Shown here: positions 9,176 to 18,170 of the stretch, in pieces | Position numbering within the stretch: position 1 is the first letter of the stretch | Layout of the letters: the number at the start of each line of letters is the position of its first letter | Assembly: GCA_964494295.1 (NCBI GenBank) | Contig: CAZBTT010000001.1 | Span: 1 to 36,487, forward strand | Length of the DNA stretch: 36,487 bases | Direction of reading: 5' to 3' | DNA from: an uncultured Acidobacteriota bacterium | Lineage (GTDB): Bacteria; Acidobacteriota; Vicinamibacteria; Fen-336; JAGNNV01 | The notes under the pieces: generated by a model | The model's database searches: none | The model's input: the letters and a program-made list of their open reading frames with translations, nothing else | Told to the model about the DNA's origin: nothing | Made by a program: the position numbers and the translations under genes

Positions 9176-9868
9176 ATGCGCCACACCATCGATCACGGCC
9201 CCGCCTTCACCACGCTGACCTTCGAGTGCGACGAGGGTGAATCGGTGGTCGCTCAGCCGGGCGTGATGCTCGGTATGACCACCGGCTTCGACGTGGCGGC
9301 GAAGATGGGATCCCAGATGACGGGCCGCGGCCGGATCTCCCGCTCCCTGCGCAGCCTCGCTTCGGGCGAGAACTTCTTTACCTCCGTCTACACGTCGAAA
9401 CGCTCCGGCGAGACCATCACACTAGCCCCGCCCCATCCGGGCGAGATCCGACGGATCCAGGCGAGCGACGCCACCCCCGTCATGCTCGCCACCGGAGCCT
9501 TCATGGCCTGCACTGCGGGCGTGAAGTTCGAACTGAAGTACGTGGGGGTCCGGGGCCTGATGTCGACCCGCGGGCTGTTTCTCATGCGGACCACCGGAGA
9601 GGGTGAGGTTTTCGTCTCGTCCCATGGCGCGCTGGTCGAGCGAACCCTCGCGGAGGGCGAGCGCTACGTGCTCGACAACCGGAACATCGTGGCCTTCTCG
9701 GAATCGGTGCAGTGCGAGATGGTGAAAGTCGCGGGGACCGTGCGCGATTCGCTCATGACGGGCGAGGGTCTGGTGAACCGCTACACCGGCCCGGGCTTCA
9801 TCCTCTACCAGACGCGTGGGGCAGAGGGCCGAGGCATGGTGCGCGGCCTGTTCGAGATGATGACGTAG
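9176..9868 (+). CDS. AIM24-family (DUF124 / TIGR00266) protein
   Basis: 230 aa. ...GPAFTTLTFECDEGESVVAQPGVMLGM..., ...GENFFTSVYT..., ...GALVERTLAEGERYVLDNRNIVAFSESV... and ...GEGLVNRYTGPGFILYQTRG... follow the AIM24 pattern. Confidence 0.8.
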   Translation: MRHTIDHGPAFTTLTFECDEGESVVAQPGVMLGMTTGFDVAAKMGSQMTGRGRISRSLRSLASGENFFTSVYTSKRSGETITLAPPHPGEIRRIQASDATPVMLATGAFMACTAGVKFELKYVGVRGLMSTRGLFLMRTTGEGEVFVSSHGALVERTLAEGERYVLDNRNIVAFSESVQCEMVKVAGTVRDSLMTGEGLVNRYTGPGFILYQTRGAEGRGMVRGLFEMMT

Positions 9869-9882
9869 CCGTCTCGAAGAGG

Positions 9883-11190
9883 ATGCGCGATCTCTCGACG
9901 GACTCGCTCGAAAGCCTCGAAGCGCGATTCCGCGGCGTCGAAGTGCGGTCCCGGCTGATCCTCGCCGCGGAGGCGGTGGCCGGAGTGGTGTTTCTCTCGC
10001 GCGTGATCGATGGCGGCGTCCGCGTCGAGAGAATCGAAGCGATCCTCCTTGGTGTAGCCGCCCTGGTTGTGCTCTTCCGCGGCTTCTTTCCGCTGGTGTT
10101 CATGAAACGGAAGCGGCTCGACGAGCTTCGGCCGGACGTTCATTTCGGCGTTCACACCCGCGACAGCCTGGTGGCTTTGTCGCGCCGTGTCTTCGCGCGC
10201 TCCGGCCTTGCGCCGGACGCCGCGCCGGTCTTCCTCATTCGCGAAAAGGAACTCAATGCCCAGGCCTCGCGGGCCGAGTTCCTTCCCGGTCTTCGTTTCC
10301 GCAACGAGGTCTATCTCAACCGGTCGATCGTCCATCTCCTCAATGAACCCGAACTGGAGAGCGTCGTGGGTCACGAACTCGGCCACGTCTTCCCTTACGC
10401 GCCCCTGCTCTCGCGGTTCTATCTGCTCCATGCCTTCTTCGCCGTGACCGCGACGTTGTGGCTGGCCGACGTGCTGGCTCCGTGGGGGATCTTCTGGGTC
10501 GCGCCGTTTCTGACCGTGTGGGGCTTGTCGTACCTCATCTCGTATCCCTGGCGCAGGATGAAGGTCGGAGTGGAACTCCTCTGCGACGCGCACGGCGCCA
10601 GGGTCGCCGGACTTCTGGCGGCGATGAGCACCGAGGTGAAGATGCAGGCGGAGAACGAAGTCCGCGGCGAACTCCTCGCCCTCACCCTGGAGGCGCGGCT
10701 GAAGCAGGGCGGTGAAGTTCCGTTTCAGCGCCTTGTTGAGACGTATCAGGAAGCCCTGCCTTTCGGCCGTTCCGATCCCGAGGCGACGCGGCTGGAACTC
10801 GAAAGGCAATTTGAGAAGCAAAGAAAAGAGAGCGCTGGCCCGTCGCTCGGCGGCTTCCTTGCCTTCATCGGCTTCGGCGGCGGCCTGGACGAGGGTGGGG
10901 TGGACGATGACGCGGTCGAGCAGAGTCTGCGCGTGCTCCGGGCCCTCGAGAAGCTTCCCGTGGTCGAGATCGACCGCGAGCGGTATCTGAGCGGCTCGGA
11001 CCTGTGGACGATGGAGAGCGCCCGCGAACTGGTCGCCCGGATCGAGGAACAGTCGGACCGGCTTCTCTTCCGGGTCGAGGATGAGCTGCCCGGGGGGGAA
11101 AGCACTCACCCAAACGCCAGCCGACGCGTCCTGTTCTTGTGGCGCAATCGCGACCGCTTGCGCGGTCTGCCGATCAGCGGCCGACCCTGA
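9883..11190 (+). CDS. Membrane M48-like zinc metalloprotease with a long insertion before the C-terminal THP motif
   Basis: The ATG at 9883 lies 14 nt after the AIM24 stop and is in frame with ORF 9712..11190. Four predicted TM segments. Motifs: HExxH in ...VVGHELGHVF...; a third-ligand/ExxxD-like motif ...VELLCDAHGA...; and a C-terminal ...STHPNASRRV... resembling the M48 THPxxxxRI motif. Confidence 0.7.
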   Translation: MRDLSTDSLESLEARFRGVEVRSRLILAAEAVAGVVFLSRVIDGGVRVERIEAILLGVAALVVLFRGFFPLVFMKRKRLDELRPDVHFGVHTRDSLVALSRRVFARSGLAPDAAPVFLIREKELNAQASRAEFLPGLRFRNEVYLNRSIVHLLNEPELESVVGHELGHVFPYAPLLSRFYLLHAFFAVTATLWLADVLAPWGIFWVAPFLTVWGLSYLISYPWRRMKVGVELLCDAHGARVAGLLAAMSTEVKMQAENEVRGELLALTLEARLKQGGEVPFQRLVETYQEALPFGRSDPEATRLELERQFEKQRKESAGPSLGGFLAFIGFGGGLDEGGVDDDAVEQSLRVLRALEKLPVVEIDRERYLSGSDLWTMESARELVARIEEQSDRLLFRVEDELPGGESTHPNASRRVLFLWRNRDRLRGLPISGRP

Positions 11191-13732
11191 CCAGGCTGAT
11201 TCCGTCGGGATCGACCACGACCTTGACGCCGGGACCGGCGCCGGGAATCTGGAGACGTCCGGGCACGATCAGGTTCCGCCGTTCGGCTCCAACCAGAACC
11301 GTGACCGGCAAGGGCCCCGTGTAACCGTCCACCACGATTTCCTGGATCCCGTCCCGGCTCTGCACGCGCACCGTCGGGATCGTTGTGTTTCGCACGAAGA
11401 CCTCCCAAAGGCCGTTGAGGTCGATCGAGCCCTCCGCTTCGAAAGCCTGGCGCACCATCTCGGAATCGACTTTGCGGAAACGGTTCTCGCTCTGGAGCTT
11501 CATCAGACTTCGGCGGAAGGCGTCCTCGCCGATGAGACGCCGCACCATGTCGAGGACCAGGGCGCCCTTGTTGTAAACGACCGCGCGGTGGGCCTGGGGG
11601 TTGTTCTGGATATGACCGACGCGGTTTCCCAGATCGACGGGGCCCATGTCGGTCATCCGGCGGGCCCAGGCCACCATCTTCCTGAGCACCCGCACGAAGG
11701 TGGCCTCGCCCTGAGACTCCCGGGCCCACAGGGCGCCCGCGTACTGGGCGAAACCCTCGGCCACCCATCGGTCCCGGTACGAGCGGGGAGTGACGCCGTG
11801 GCCCCACCATTGATGGGCGAGTTCATGGGCGAGGAAGAAACCCGGGATGTCGTAGAACGTCGCCGGGTCGTCCTTGAGTCCCCCGCCCATGAGCGGAGGG
11901 CGCTGCTGCAGAATGATCAAGCCCGGCGGCGAGTGACCGCCCGGCACCGGAGCTTCCACGAGGGCCAGATTGAGGGGCAGGTAGGGGAGCGGGCCGAAAA
12001 GCCCGCGGTAGAACCCGGCCGCGGCTTTCAGTGTGTCGACCGCCCGTGCGGCTTCCCGACGCGCCCGCGACTGGCCGTAGGCATCGAAGGAAAACTCTTC
12101 CGAACGTTCGCTGGCTATGGGAAGGAGCCGCGCCACCAGGAAGGCGATGTACTTCGCCTCGTGCTCCTGCTCGTGGGTGACGGTTCTTGCGTTCGGTTCG
12201 ACGGTTTCGCTGCGCGTCCCCCCGGAGACCACGGTCCATGCCGAGGGCACCGTGACCTTGAGAGTCGAGGTCGCGTAGTCGTCGTTTCCGAACTGCGGGT
12301 AGAAGTACCGTCGCTTCGAGTAGATGAACGCGGGGTCGATGAAGAACGTCGGCTGCTCCTCGGTGGTGAACGTCGAGCCCTGGAGAATTTCGCTGTCCAC
12401 CGTGCCCGCGGGCAGGCGCCCCATGTAGTCGATGGTCAGGTTCAGCCGCCCGACCCGGCCGGCCAGTGAGCCCATCGAAATCAGAACGCTGTTCTGGCCC
12501 CGCACCCGGAAGAAGAGATGACGACCGCCCTGCGCGGATCGCACCGACTTCACCTGCAAGTCGTCGTCGAGCTGGAACCGGAAAGAAGTGATCGCTCCCC
12601 TTATCTCGATGGCCGCGGTCGAACGGCCGGTCAGGTCGAAGGTCTCGGGGTTCAACGACAACGAAAGCTCCTGCTTCACGACGTCGAGCAACCGGTCCTC
12701 CTCGTCCCCGATTTCCCTCGAAGCGCCCAGCCGCGGATAGGCCGTGATCTGCTTTCCGGTGCTTCGATTGAAGAGGCTCACTCCCTCGGTCTCGTTGCTG
12801 CTGAGAGAGAGGGTCAGGGAACCGAACCGCTTCGTCTCGAAGGCGATGGCGGCGTCGCCCAGGCCGGGGAGAAGCCACCACGGAGCCCCGGGGATCGGCG
12901 CATCGAGGACGAACGAGTCTCCCTTGTGCCGCGAGAAGTACTCGCGGGCCCGGACCAGCCGCTGCGGGGCCTTTGGATCATCGACGAACTGGCCTGGACG
13001 CAGGGTGCGGTACAGGTCCGCCGGGTGCAGCCTCAGGAAGGCACGGGTGACCTCTTCGTCGAGCACTTCGCTCTTCGCGAAGATCTTCATCTGGCCGCGT
13101 TCCGTGGCCGGGCGCGGTTTGAACGTCACCCGTCCCTTGCCGACGAACACGAGGGCGGTGGGTCCGGCTTCCTGGGTGTTCAGGAAGAACGTGCCGTCGA
13201 TCATGCGCAGGGTGAAGTCCTCGAGTTCGATGGTCTGCCCTGACGCGATGTGGCCCTGGGTCTGAAGCTCGAGATGAACCATTCCGTCGACCCCGCCGAA
13301 AGTCTGCCGCGAGACCACGCGCCAGCCGGCCGGCCTCTTCCTCCACAACAGGCTCCACTGTTCCACCGAGCCGCGAGGCTCCGTGATCTGGGACAGTGTC
13401 CCGAGGGTGACCGCGGTGTCGCCGGTCGCACCGATGGACGGCGGGTCCGACGACAGAATCACTTGCTGAGCCGAGAAGACGCCGCGCAGGTGGGCTTCCT
13501 CTTCGGCTCGAGCCGCCGGGCTCTCGAACTCCCAGGCCGCGATCGTGCCTGCGAAATTCTTCTGCCGAAGCGCGTTCTCAAACGCTTTCACCGCGGCCAT
13601 CAGATTCGGATCGACTGAGGACTGTGCGCTCGCGTTCGCTAACATCGCCGCGCTGACCGCCCAGACGCAGGCGATCAGGCGCCCTGCGACGCGCCGCCTC
13701 TTCCCGCCCTTCGAGGACAAATAACCCGGCAT
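11174..13732 (-). CDS. Exported M1-family zinc metallopeptidase with a long N-terminal extension
   Basis: 852 aa with a signal peptide (...RLIACVWAVSAAMLANASAQ). It carries the gluzincin signature GFFLAHELAHQWWGHGVTPRSYRDRWVAEGFAQY (HExxH-X18-E), located about three quarters of the way along the protein. No recognisable GxMEN exopeptidase motif lies upstream of it. Confidence 0.85.
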   Translation of the reverse strand: MPGYLSSKGGKRRRVAGRLIACVWAVSAAMLANASAQSSVDPNLMAAVKAFENALRQKNFAGTIAAWEFESPAARAEEEAHLRGVFSAQQVILSSDPPSIGATGDTAVTLGTLSQITEPRGSVEQWSLLWRKRPAGWRVVSRQTFGGVDGMVHLELQTQGHIASGQTIELEDFTLRMIDGTFFLNTQEAGPTALVFVGKGRVTFKPRPATERGQMKIFAKSEVLDEEVTRAFLRLHPADLYRTLRPGQFVDDPKAPQRLVRAREYFSRHKGDSFVLDAPIPGAPWWLLPGLGDAAIAFETKRFGSLTLSLSSNETEGVSLFNRSTGKQITAYPRLGASREIGDEEDRLLDVVKQELSLSLNPETFDLTGRSTAAIEIRGAITSFRFQLDDDLQVKSVRSAQGGRHLFFRVRGQNSVLISMGSLAGRVGRLNLTIDYMGRLPAGTVDSEILQGSTFTTEEQPTFFIDPAFIYSKRRYFYPQFGNDDYATSTLKVTVPSAWTVVSGGTRSETVEPNARTVTHEQEHEAKYIAFLVARLLPIASERSEEFSFDAYGQSRARREAARAVDTLKAAAGFYRGLFGPLPYLPLNLALVEAPVPGGHSPPGLIILQQRPPLMGGGLKDDPATFYDIPGFFLAHELAHQWWGHGVTPRSYRDRWVAEGFAQYAGALWARESQGEATFVRVLRKMVAWARRMTDMGPVDLGNRVGHIQNNPQAHRAVVYNKGALVLDMVRRLIGEDAFRRSLMKLQSENRFRKVDSEMVRQAFEAEGSIDLNGLWEVFVRNTTIPTVRVQSRDGIQEIVVDGYTGPLPVTVLVGAERRNLIVPGRLQIPGAGPGVKVVVDPDGISLVRVGR

Positions 13733-14468
13733 GAATGAATCCGTCTCACTATTTACCGCATTCGTGGCGGGAATCGTTTCTTTCGTCTCTCCGTGCGTCC
13801 TGCCGATCGTGCCCGGCTACCTCTCCTTCATCAGCGGAATCAACGTCTCGAAGTTCAAAAATATGGAGACGCCCAGGGACCAGGCGAGGCGGGTCGTCAT
13901 CACCTCTTTGTTCTTCGTTCTTGGCTTTTCCACGGTTTTTGTCCTTCTCGGCGCGGCCGCGACGATGGTCGGGTACTACCTGCAACAGTACAAACGGTTG
14001 CTCGGAATCGTCGGAGGTGTCGTCATCATCGTTCTCGGCCTGCACATGATGGGCGTGTTCCGGATCAAGTGGCTGCTCGGGGAAATGCGCGCCGAGGTGA
14101 AGCAGAAGCCTCTCGGTCTCTTTGGCGCCTACGTGGTTGGCATCGCGTTCGCGTTCGGCTGGACCCCCTGTATCGGCCCCATCCTCGCCGCGATCCTCCT
14201 CTACGCCTCGCAGCAGGAAACTGTGACCCAGGGCGTTGTGCTGCTCTCAGCCTACTCCGCGGGCCTCGGCATTCCGTTCATCCTCGCGGGTCTCGCGGTC
14301 AACTGGTTCTTCGCCGCCTCGGCCCGGATCAAGACCCAGATGCGGCGGGTGGAGATCGTCTCCGGCGTTCTCCTCATCGCAGTCGGCCTGCTGCTCGTGA
14401 CCGACCGCCTGAGCGCCATCGCGCAATGGTTCACGAAGATGTTCCCAAGCCTGGCGATGTTGGGGTAG
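13731..14468 (+). CDS. ccdA: Cytochrome c biogenesis / thiol-disulfide electron transporter CcdA (DsbD-family membrane core)
   Basis: 245 aa and polytopic. The N-terminus has ...AFVAGIVSFVSPCVLPIVPGYLSFISG... and a second conserved Cys sits in ...FAFGWTPCIGPILAAIL.... Confidence 0.9.
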   Translation: MNESVSLFTAFVAGIVSFVSPCVLPIVPGYLSFISGINVSKFKNMETPRDQARRVVITSLFFVLGFSTVFVLLGAAATMVGYYLQQYKRLLGIVGGVVIIVLGLHMMGVFRIKWLLGEMRAEVKQKPLGLFGAYVVGIAFAFGWTPCIGPILAAILLYASQQETVTQGVVLLSAYSAGLGIPFILAGLAVNWFFAASARIKTQMRRVEIVSGVLLIAVGLLLVTDRLSAIAQWFTKMFPSLAMLG

Positions 14469-14471
14469 CGA

Positions 14472-15833
14472 CTACTGCCGCATCGGCTTGAGGTTCGCTT
14501 CGTCGACCAGCAGCTTCGTCCCGGTCGCCCTTCTCACTTCGTCCAGCGTGACCCCGTCCGCGATTTCGATGAGGTGAAGGCCGTCCTTCTGAACTTCGAT
14601 CACCGCGAGTTCGGTGATGATGAGGTTCACGCAGCGCTTTCCGGTGAGGGGAAGAGTGCATTGCTCCACGATCTTGTGTGCGCCTTTCGCGGTGTGCTCC
14701 ATCGTGATCACCACGCGCTTGGCGCCCGCCACCAGGTCCATGGCGCCGCCCATGCCCTTCACCATCTTGCCGGGGATCATCCAGTTCGCGAGGTTGCCTT
14801 CGCGATCGATCTGAAGCGCGCCCAGGATGGTGAGGTCGACGTGACCGCCCCGGACCATCGCGAATGAATCCGCGCTCGAGAAGTACGACGTGCCTGGGAG
14901 TTCGGTGACGGTCTCCTTGCTGGCGTTGATGAGGTCAGCGTCCTCGGTTCCGGCCTCTGGATACGGCCCCACGCCCAGCATCCCGTTTTCGGAATGCAGG
15001 ACGACGTTCACGCCCTTCGGCACGTAGTTCGAGGCCAGCGTCGGTATGCCGATTCCGAGATTCACGTAGAAGCCGTCGCGCATCTCGAGGGCGGCGCGCC
15101 GGGCGATGCGCTCGCGCACCGCGTCGATCTCCATGGCCCCTTGCCCTTGAACCGTCCGCTTCTCGATTCGCTTCTCGTATCGCTCGCCCTTGACCACACG
15201 CTGCACGAAGATGCCGGGGGTCATGATCGCGTCGGGTTCGAGCGAACCCGCGGGCACGATCTCCTCCACCTCGGCGATCGTGATCTTCGCGGCCATCGCC
15301 ATCATGGGGGCGAAGTTCCTCGCGGTTTTCCGATAGATCAGGTTGCCTTCGGTATCGGCCTTCCAGGCCTTGATGAGGGCGAAGTCGGCGCGCAGGGCGT
15401 TTTCTAGGATATGGGGCCGTCCGTCGAACCAGCGGACCTCTTTGCCTTCGGCGATCAGCGTGCCGTAGCCCGTGGGCGTGAAGAATGCCGGCACTCCAGC
15501 GCCTCCCGCGCGCATCCGTTCGGAGAAAGTCCCTTGCGGCACCAGTTCGACTTCGATCGAGCCGTCAAGCGCCATGCGCTCGAACACCTTGTTCTCGCCG
15601 ACGTAAGTGGAGATCATCTTCTTCACGAGACCGGCTTCGAGAAGGAACGTGATGCCGAAATCCGATGTGCCCGCGTTGTTGCTCCCAAGGGTCAGGTTCT
15701 TCGGACCCTTTTCCTTGAGCGCCTGAATCAGGTTCTCGGGAAGACCACAAAGGCCGAAACCGGAAAGGAAGAGAGTGGCGCCGTCGGGGATGTCCCTGAC
15801 CGCTTCCGAAGCCGAACTGAAGATCTTGTTCAT
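14472..15833 (-). CDS. 3-oxoacid (succinyl-CoA:3-ketoacid) CoA-transferase, with subunits A and B fused in one polypeptide
   Basis: 453 aa. The N-terminal half, [36 protein letters not shown]..., is subunit A. The C-terminal half, ...[31 protein letters not shown]...[10 protein letters not shown]..., is subunit B and includes the catalytic-Glu SENG motif. Confidence 0.9.
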   Translation of the reverse strand: MNKIFSSASEAVRDIPDGATLFLSGFGLCGLPENLIQALKEKGPKNLTLGSNNAGTSDFGITFLLEAGLVKKMISTYVGENKVFERMALDGSIEVELVPQGTFSERMRAGGAGVPAFFTPTGYGTLIAEGKEVRWFDGRPHILENALRADFALIKAWKADTEGNLIYRKTARNFAPMMAMAAKITIAEVEEIVPAGSLEPDAIMTPGIFVQRVVKGERYEKRIEKRTVQGQGAMEIDAVRERIARRAALEMRDGFYVNLGIGIPTLASNYVPKGVNVVLHSENGMLGVGPYPEAGTEDADLINASKETVTELPGTSYFSSADSFAMVRGGHVDLTILGALQIDREGNLANWMIPGKMVKGMGGAMDLVAGAKRVVITMEHTAKGAHKIVEQCTLPLTGKRCVNLIITELAVIEVQKDGLHLIEIADGVTLDEVRRATGTKLLVDEANLKPMRQ

Positions 15834-15949
15834 GGACCCACGATCTTAAGGCGAAGGCCGTCCGAGCCCCGCCGGAGCGAGCCCGCGGAGGCGCGGTCGG
15901 GCCAGGCGCCCTTGCTTCCTGGCCTGAACGGTGTACGCTCCTTCACGTC

Positions 15950-16513
15950 ATGAAGAGTCCCGACCTCGCAGCGCCTTACATGCTCGTTGCCTCGCCCCTC
16001 ATGAATGATCCGAAGTTCGCGCGGACCGTCATGGTCATCGGCCACCACGACAAGACCGGCGCATTGGGCTGGGTCGTGAACCGCGTCCTCGATGTGAGCG
16101 TTCAGGATGTTCTTCCCGATCGTCTCGCCTCCGGACTTCATCCCGACACGCCGCTCCGTCTCGGCGGTCCCGTGGGAGCCACGGGTCTCACCGTGCTCCT
16201 TCGCGATCCGCTGAGCGAGGACGCCACCGAGGTGGCGCCGGGACTCTTCGCCTGCGGCAACGCGAACATTCTGCCCATCGCTTTCTCGGAGCCGCCCGAC
16301 GGCGACGTGGCCGAGGCGATTCTCGTCATCGGTTACGCGGGTTGGGAGGCCAAACAACTCGACCGCGAGATCACCGATGGCTGGTGGTTCGTGCTCGGCT
16401 ACGACCCTGAACTCGCCTTTACCCATGCCGCCGCCGATCTATGGGACGCGTCGATGGAGCGCCTCGGCCTCGCCGCCGCCACGGCGTTCGGCCGGTCGGA
16501 ACAGATTCACTGA
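15950..16513 (+). CDS. YqgE/AlgH-family (UPF0301) protein
   Basis: 187 aa. ...MLVASPLMNDPKFARTVMVIGHHDKTGALGWVVNR...LRLGGPV...VIGYAGWEAKQLDREI...GWW... parallels E. coli YqgE (...[33 protein letters not shown]...GYASWEKGQLEQEI...). Confidence 0.85.
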   Translation: MKSPDLAAPYMLVASPLMNDPKFARTVMVIGHHDKTGALGWVVNRVLDVSVQDVLPDRLASGLHPDTPLRLGGPVGATGLTVLLRDPLSEDATEVAPGLFACGNANILPIAFSEPPDGDVAEAILVIGYAGWEAKQLDREITDGWWFVLGYDPELAFTHAAADLWDASMERLGLAAATAFGRSEQIH

Positions 16514-16524
16514 AAAGCGCGCGA

Positions 16525-17304
16525 CTACTGTTTCTTCGGGAGGCCTTCCACGGAAATCGGAGGGAGGCTCGCCGCGGTCGCGGGCTCGTCGGCGAACCGC
16601 ACCCGCACCTCGAGATTTGAGGCGTCGTCGTAGTGCGAGACGAGGAAGTTCCGCACGAACTCCGCGGTGGCCTTCCGTCCGGTCTCGCGCACCAGGGGCA
16701 GGTGCTCTCGGGCGCGCTGATCGAGAAGAGCCGAAAGGCCGGTCTGCAGCGCTTTTCGAACCGCCCCCTCATCGCGGAGCACGGAGCCGCGCTTGGTCTC
16801 AAAGGTGAGAGTCGAGGGATCGAGCGCGGGCACGCCGAACTCGGGTGCGGGTGCTACGACTTCCACGCGGCTGCCTTCGAGTTTCAGATCCCAGCGCTTC
16901 TGGAAGTCGAGAACGTAGGTGTAGACGACCGTGCCGCGGGCCTCCACCACGACGTCCGGCAACGGGATGGCGCCCCACGCGAGGGCCGCGGATTCGGTCC
17001 GCTCAAACGATTCGAGCTGCTTGAGTTCCGCGAACTGAAACTTCGAGGTGCCTTTGACGCTCGCGGCGTAGCTTCGCAGGACCGTCTCGACGCGGCTTGC
17101 CCGAAACGCCTCGGCCGCGCTGCGGACACTGATCAGGGCGCTCTCCGCGGTGCCGCCCAGACTCCGCACCCGCGTCATGGCCGAGCGGATGAGGAGGATG
17201 GGGAGGACGAGGCAGGCGACGATGAGCAGCGCCATGGCGACGGCCCAGGCGCCGCCCGTGCTCTTCCGCTCTGGCGGGGGCGCTCCGCCCAGGTCGTTGC
17301 TCAC
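16525..17304 (-). CDS. Hypothetical N-terminally membrane-anchored protein (possibly DUF4230-like)
   Basis: 259 aa. The GTG start overlaps the pirin stop as GTGA. It has a single N-terminal TM helix (GGAWAVAMALLIVACLVLPILLI) followed by a soluble domain. The family guess rests only on architecture and is weak. Confidence 0.55.
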   Translation of the reverse strand: MSNDLGGAPPPERKSTGGAWAVAMALLIVACLVLPILLIRSAMTRVRSLGGTAESALISVRSAAEAFRASRVETVLRSYAASVKGTSKFQFAELKQLESFERTESAALAWGAIPLPDVVVEARGTVVYTYVLDFQKRWDLKLEGSRVEVVAPAPEFGVPALDPSTLTFETKRGSVLRDEGAVRKALQTGLSALLDQRAREHLPLVRETGRKATAEFVRNFLVSHYDDASNLEVRVRFADEPATAASLPPISVEGLPKKQ

Positions 17305-18131
17305 GCGAACCGCCCATTCCGGAAGTCGTCGAAGGCCTGATGGATCTCTTCGCGGGTGTTCATCACGAACGGACCATAACGGGCGATGGGTTCATTCAGG
17401 GGCCGCGCGGCTATGCAGAGGAAGCGCACGCCGGTTTCGCCCGACGCAACGCGTATGGCATCACCCGACGAGAGAACGGCGAGCGTTTTCGGAGAGAGCG
17501 GCGTGTCCCCGACCGAGCCTGCGCCCTCATAGGTGTAGAGGAAAGCCGTGTGGCCGCTGGGGATCCCGGCGTCGAAAGTTCCCCCGCCCCCGAGCCGGAC
17601 GTCGAGATAGACAGGATCGGTGACGATGCCCTGCACCGGCCCCGTGGCTTCGCCAAACGTTCCCGCGATGACGCGCACCGCGCCGCCCTCGAGCTTCACT
17701 TCCGGAATCGCGCCGGGGTCGATGTCTTGGTATCGCGGAGCCGTCATCTTGTGTTTCGCCGGAAGGTTCACCCAGAGCTGGAAGCCCCACATGAGACCGT
17801 CTTCCTGTTTCGGAGTTTCCGAATGAATGATCCCGCGCCCCGCGGTCATCCACTGCGCGCCACCGCCGGTCAGCAGGCCGCGATTTCCCGCGTGATCGGC
17901 ATGCTCCATTTTGCCCGCGAGCATGTAGGTGACGGTCTCGAAGCCACGGTGCGGGTGGTCGGGGAAACCGGCGATGTAATCGCTCGGATTGTCCGAGCGG
18001 AATTCGTCGAGCAGGAGGAACGGATCCAGATGGTCGAGTTCGGCGTTCGCGATGGCGCGGCTCAGGCGAACCCCCGCTCCATCCGAAGTGGGAACGGCGT
18101 GAACGACTCTTTCAACTTTCCTCTCAGCCAT
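17301..18131 (-). CDS. Pirin-family (bicupin) protein
   Basis: The start is taken at the internal ATG (MAERKVERVVHAV...) of ORF 17301..19157. ...DPFLLLDEF...GFPDHPHRGFETVTYMLAG...H.D..GN...GG.QWMTAGRGIIHSE... is the pirin N-terminal cupin signature. At 276 aa the length is typical for the family. Confidence 0.9.
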   Translation of the reverse strand: MAERKVERVVHAVPTSDGAGVRLSRAIANAELDHLDPFLLLDEFRSDNPSDYIAGFPDHPHRGFETVTYMLAGKMEHADHAGNRGLLTGGGAQWMTAGRGIIHSETPKQEDGLMWGFQLWVNLPAKHKMTAPRYQDIDPGAIPEVKLEGGAVRVIAGTFGEATGPVQGIVTDPVYLDVRLGGGGTFDAGIPSGHTAFLYTYEGAGSVGDTPLSPKTLAVLSSGDAIRVASGETGVRFLCIAARPLNEPIARYGPFVMNTREEIHQAFDDFRNGRFA

Positions 18132-18170
18132 GCCTATAGTCTGACGCACTGGTCTGTGCGGGAGGGAACA

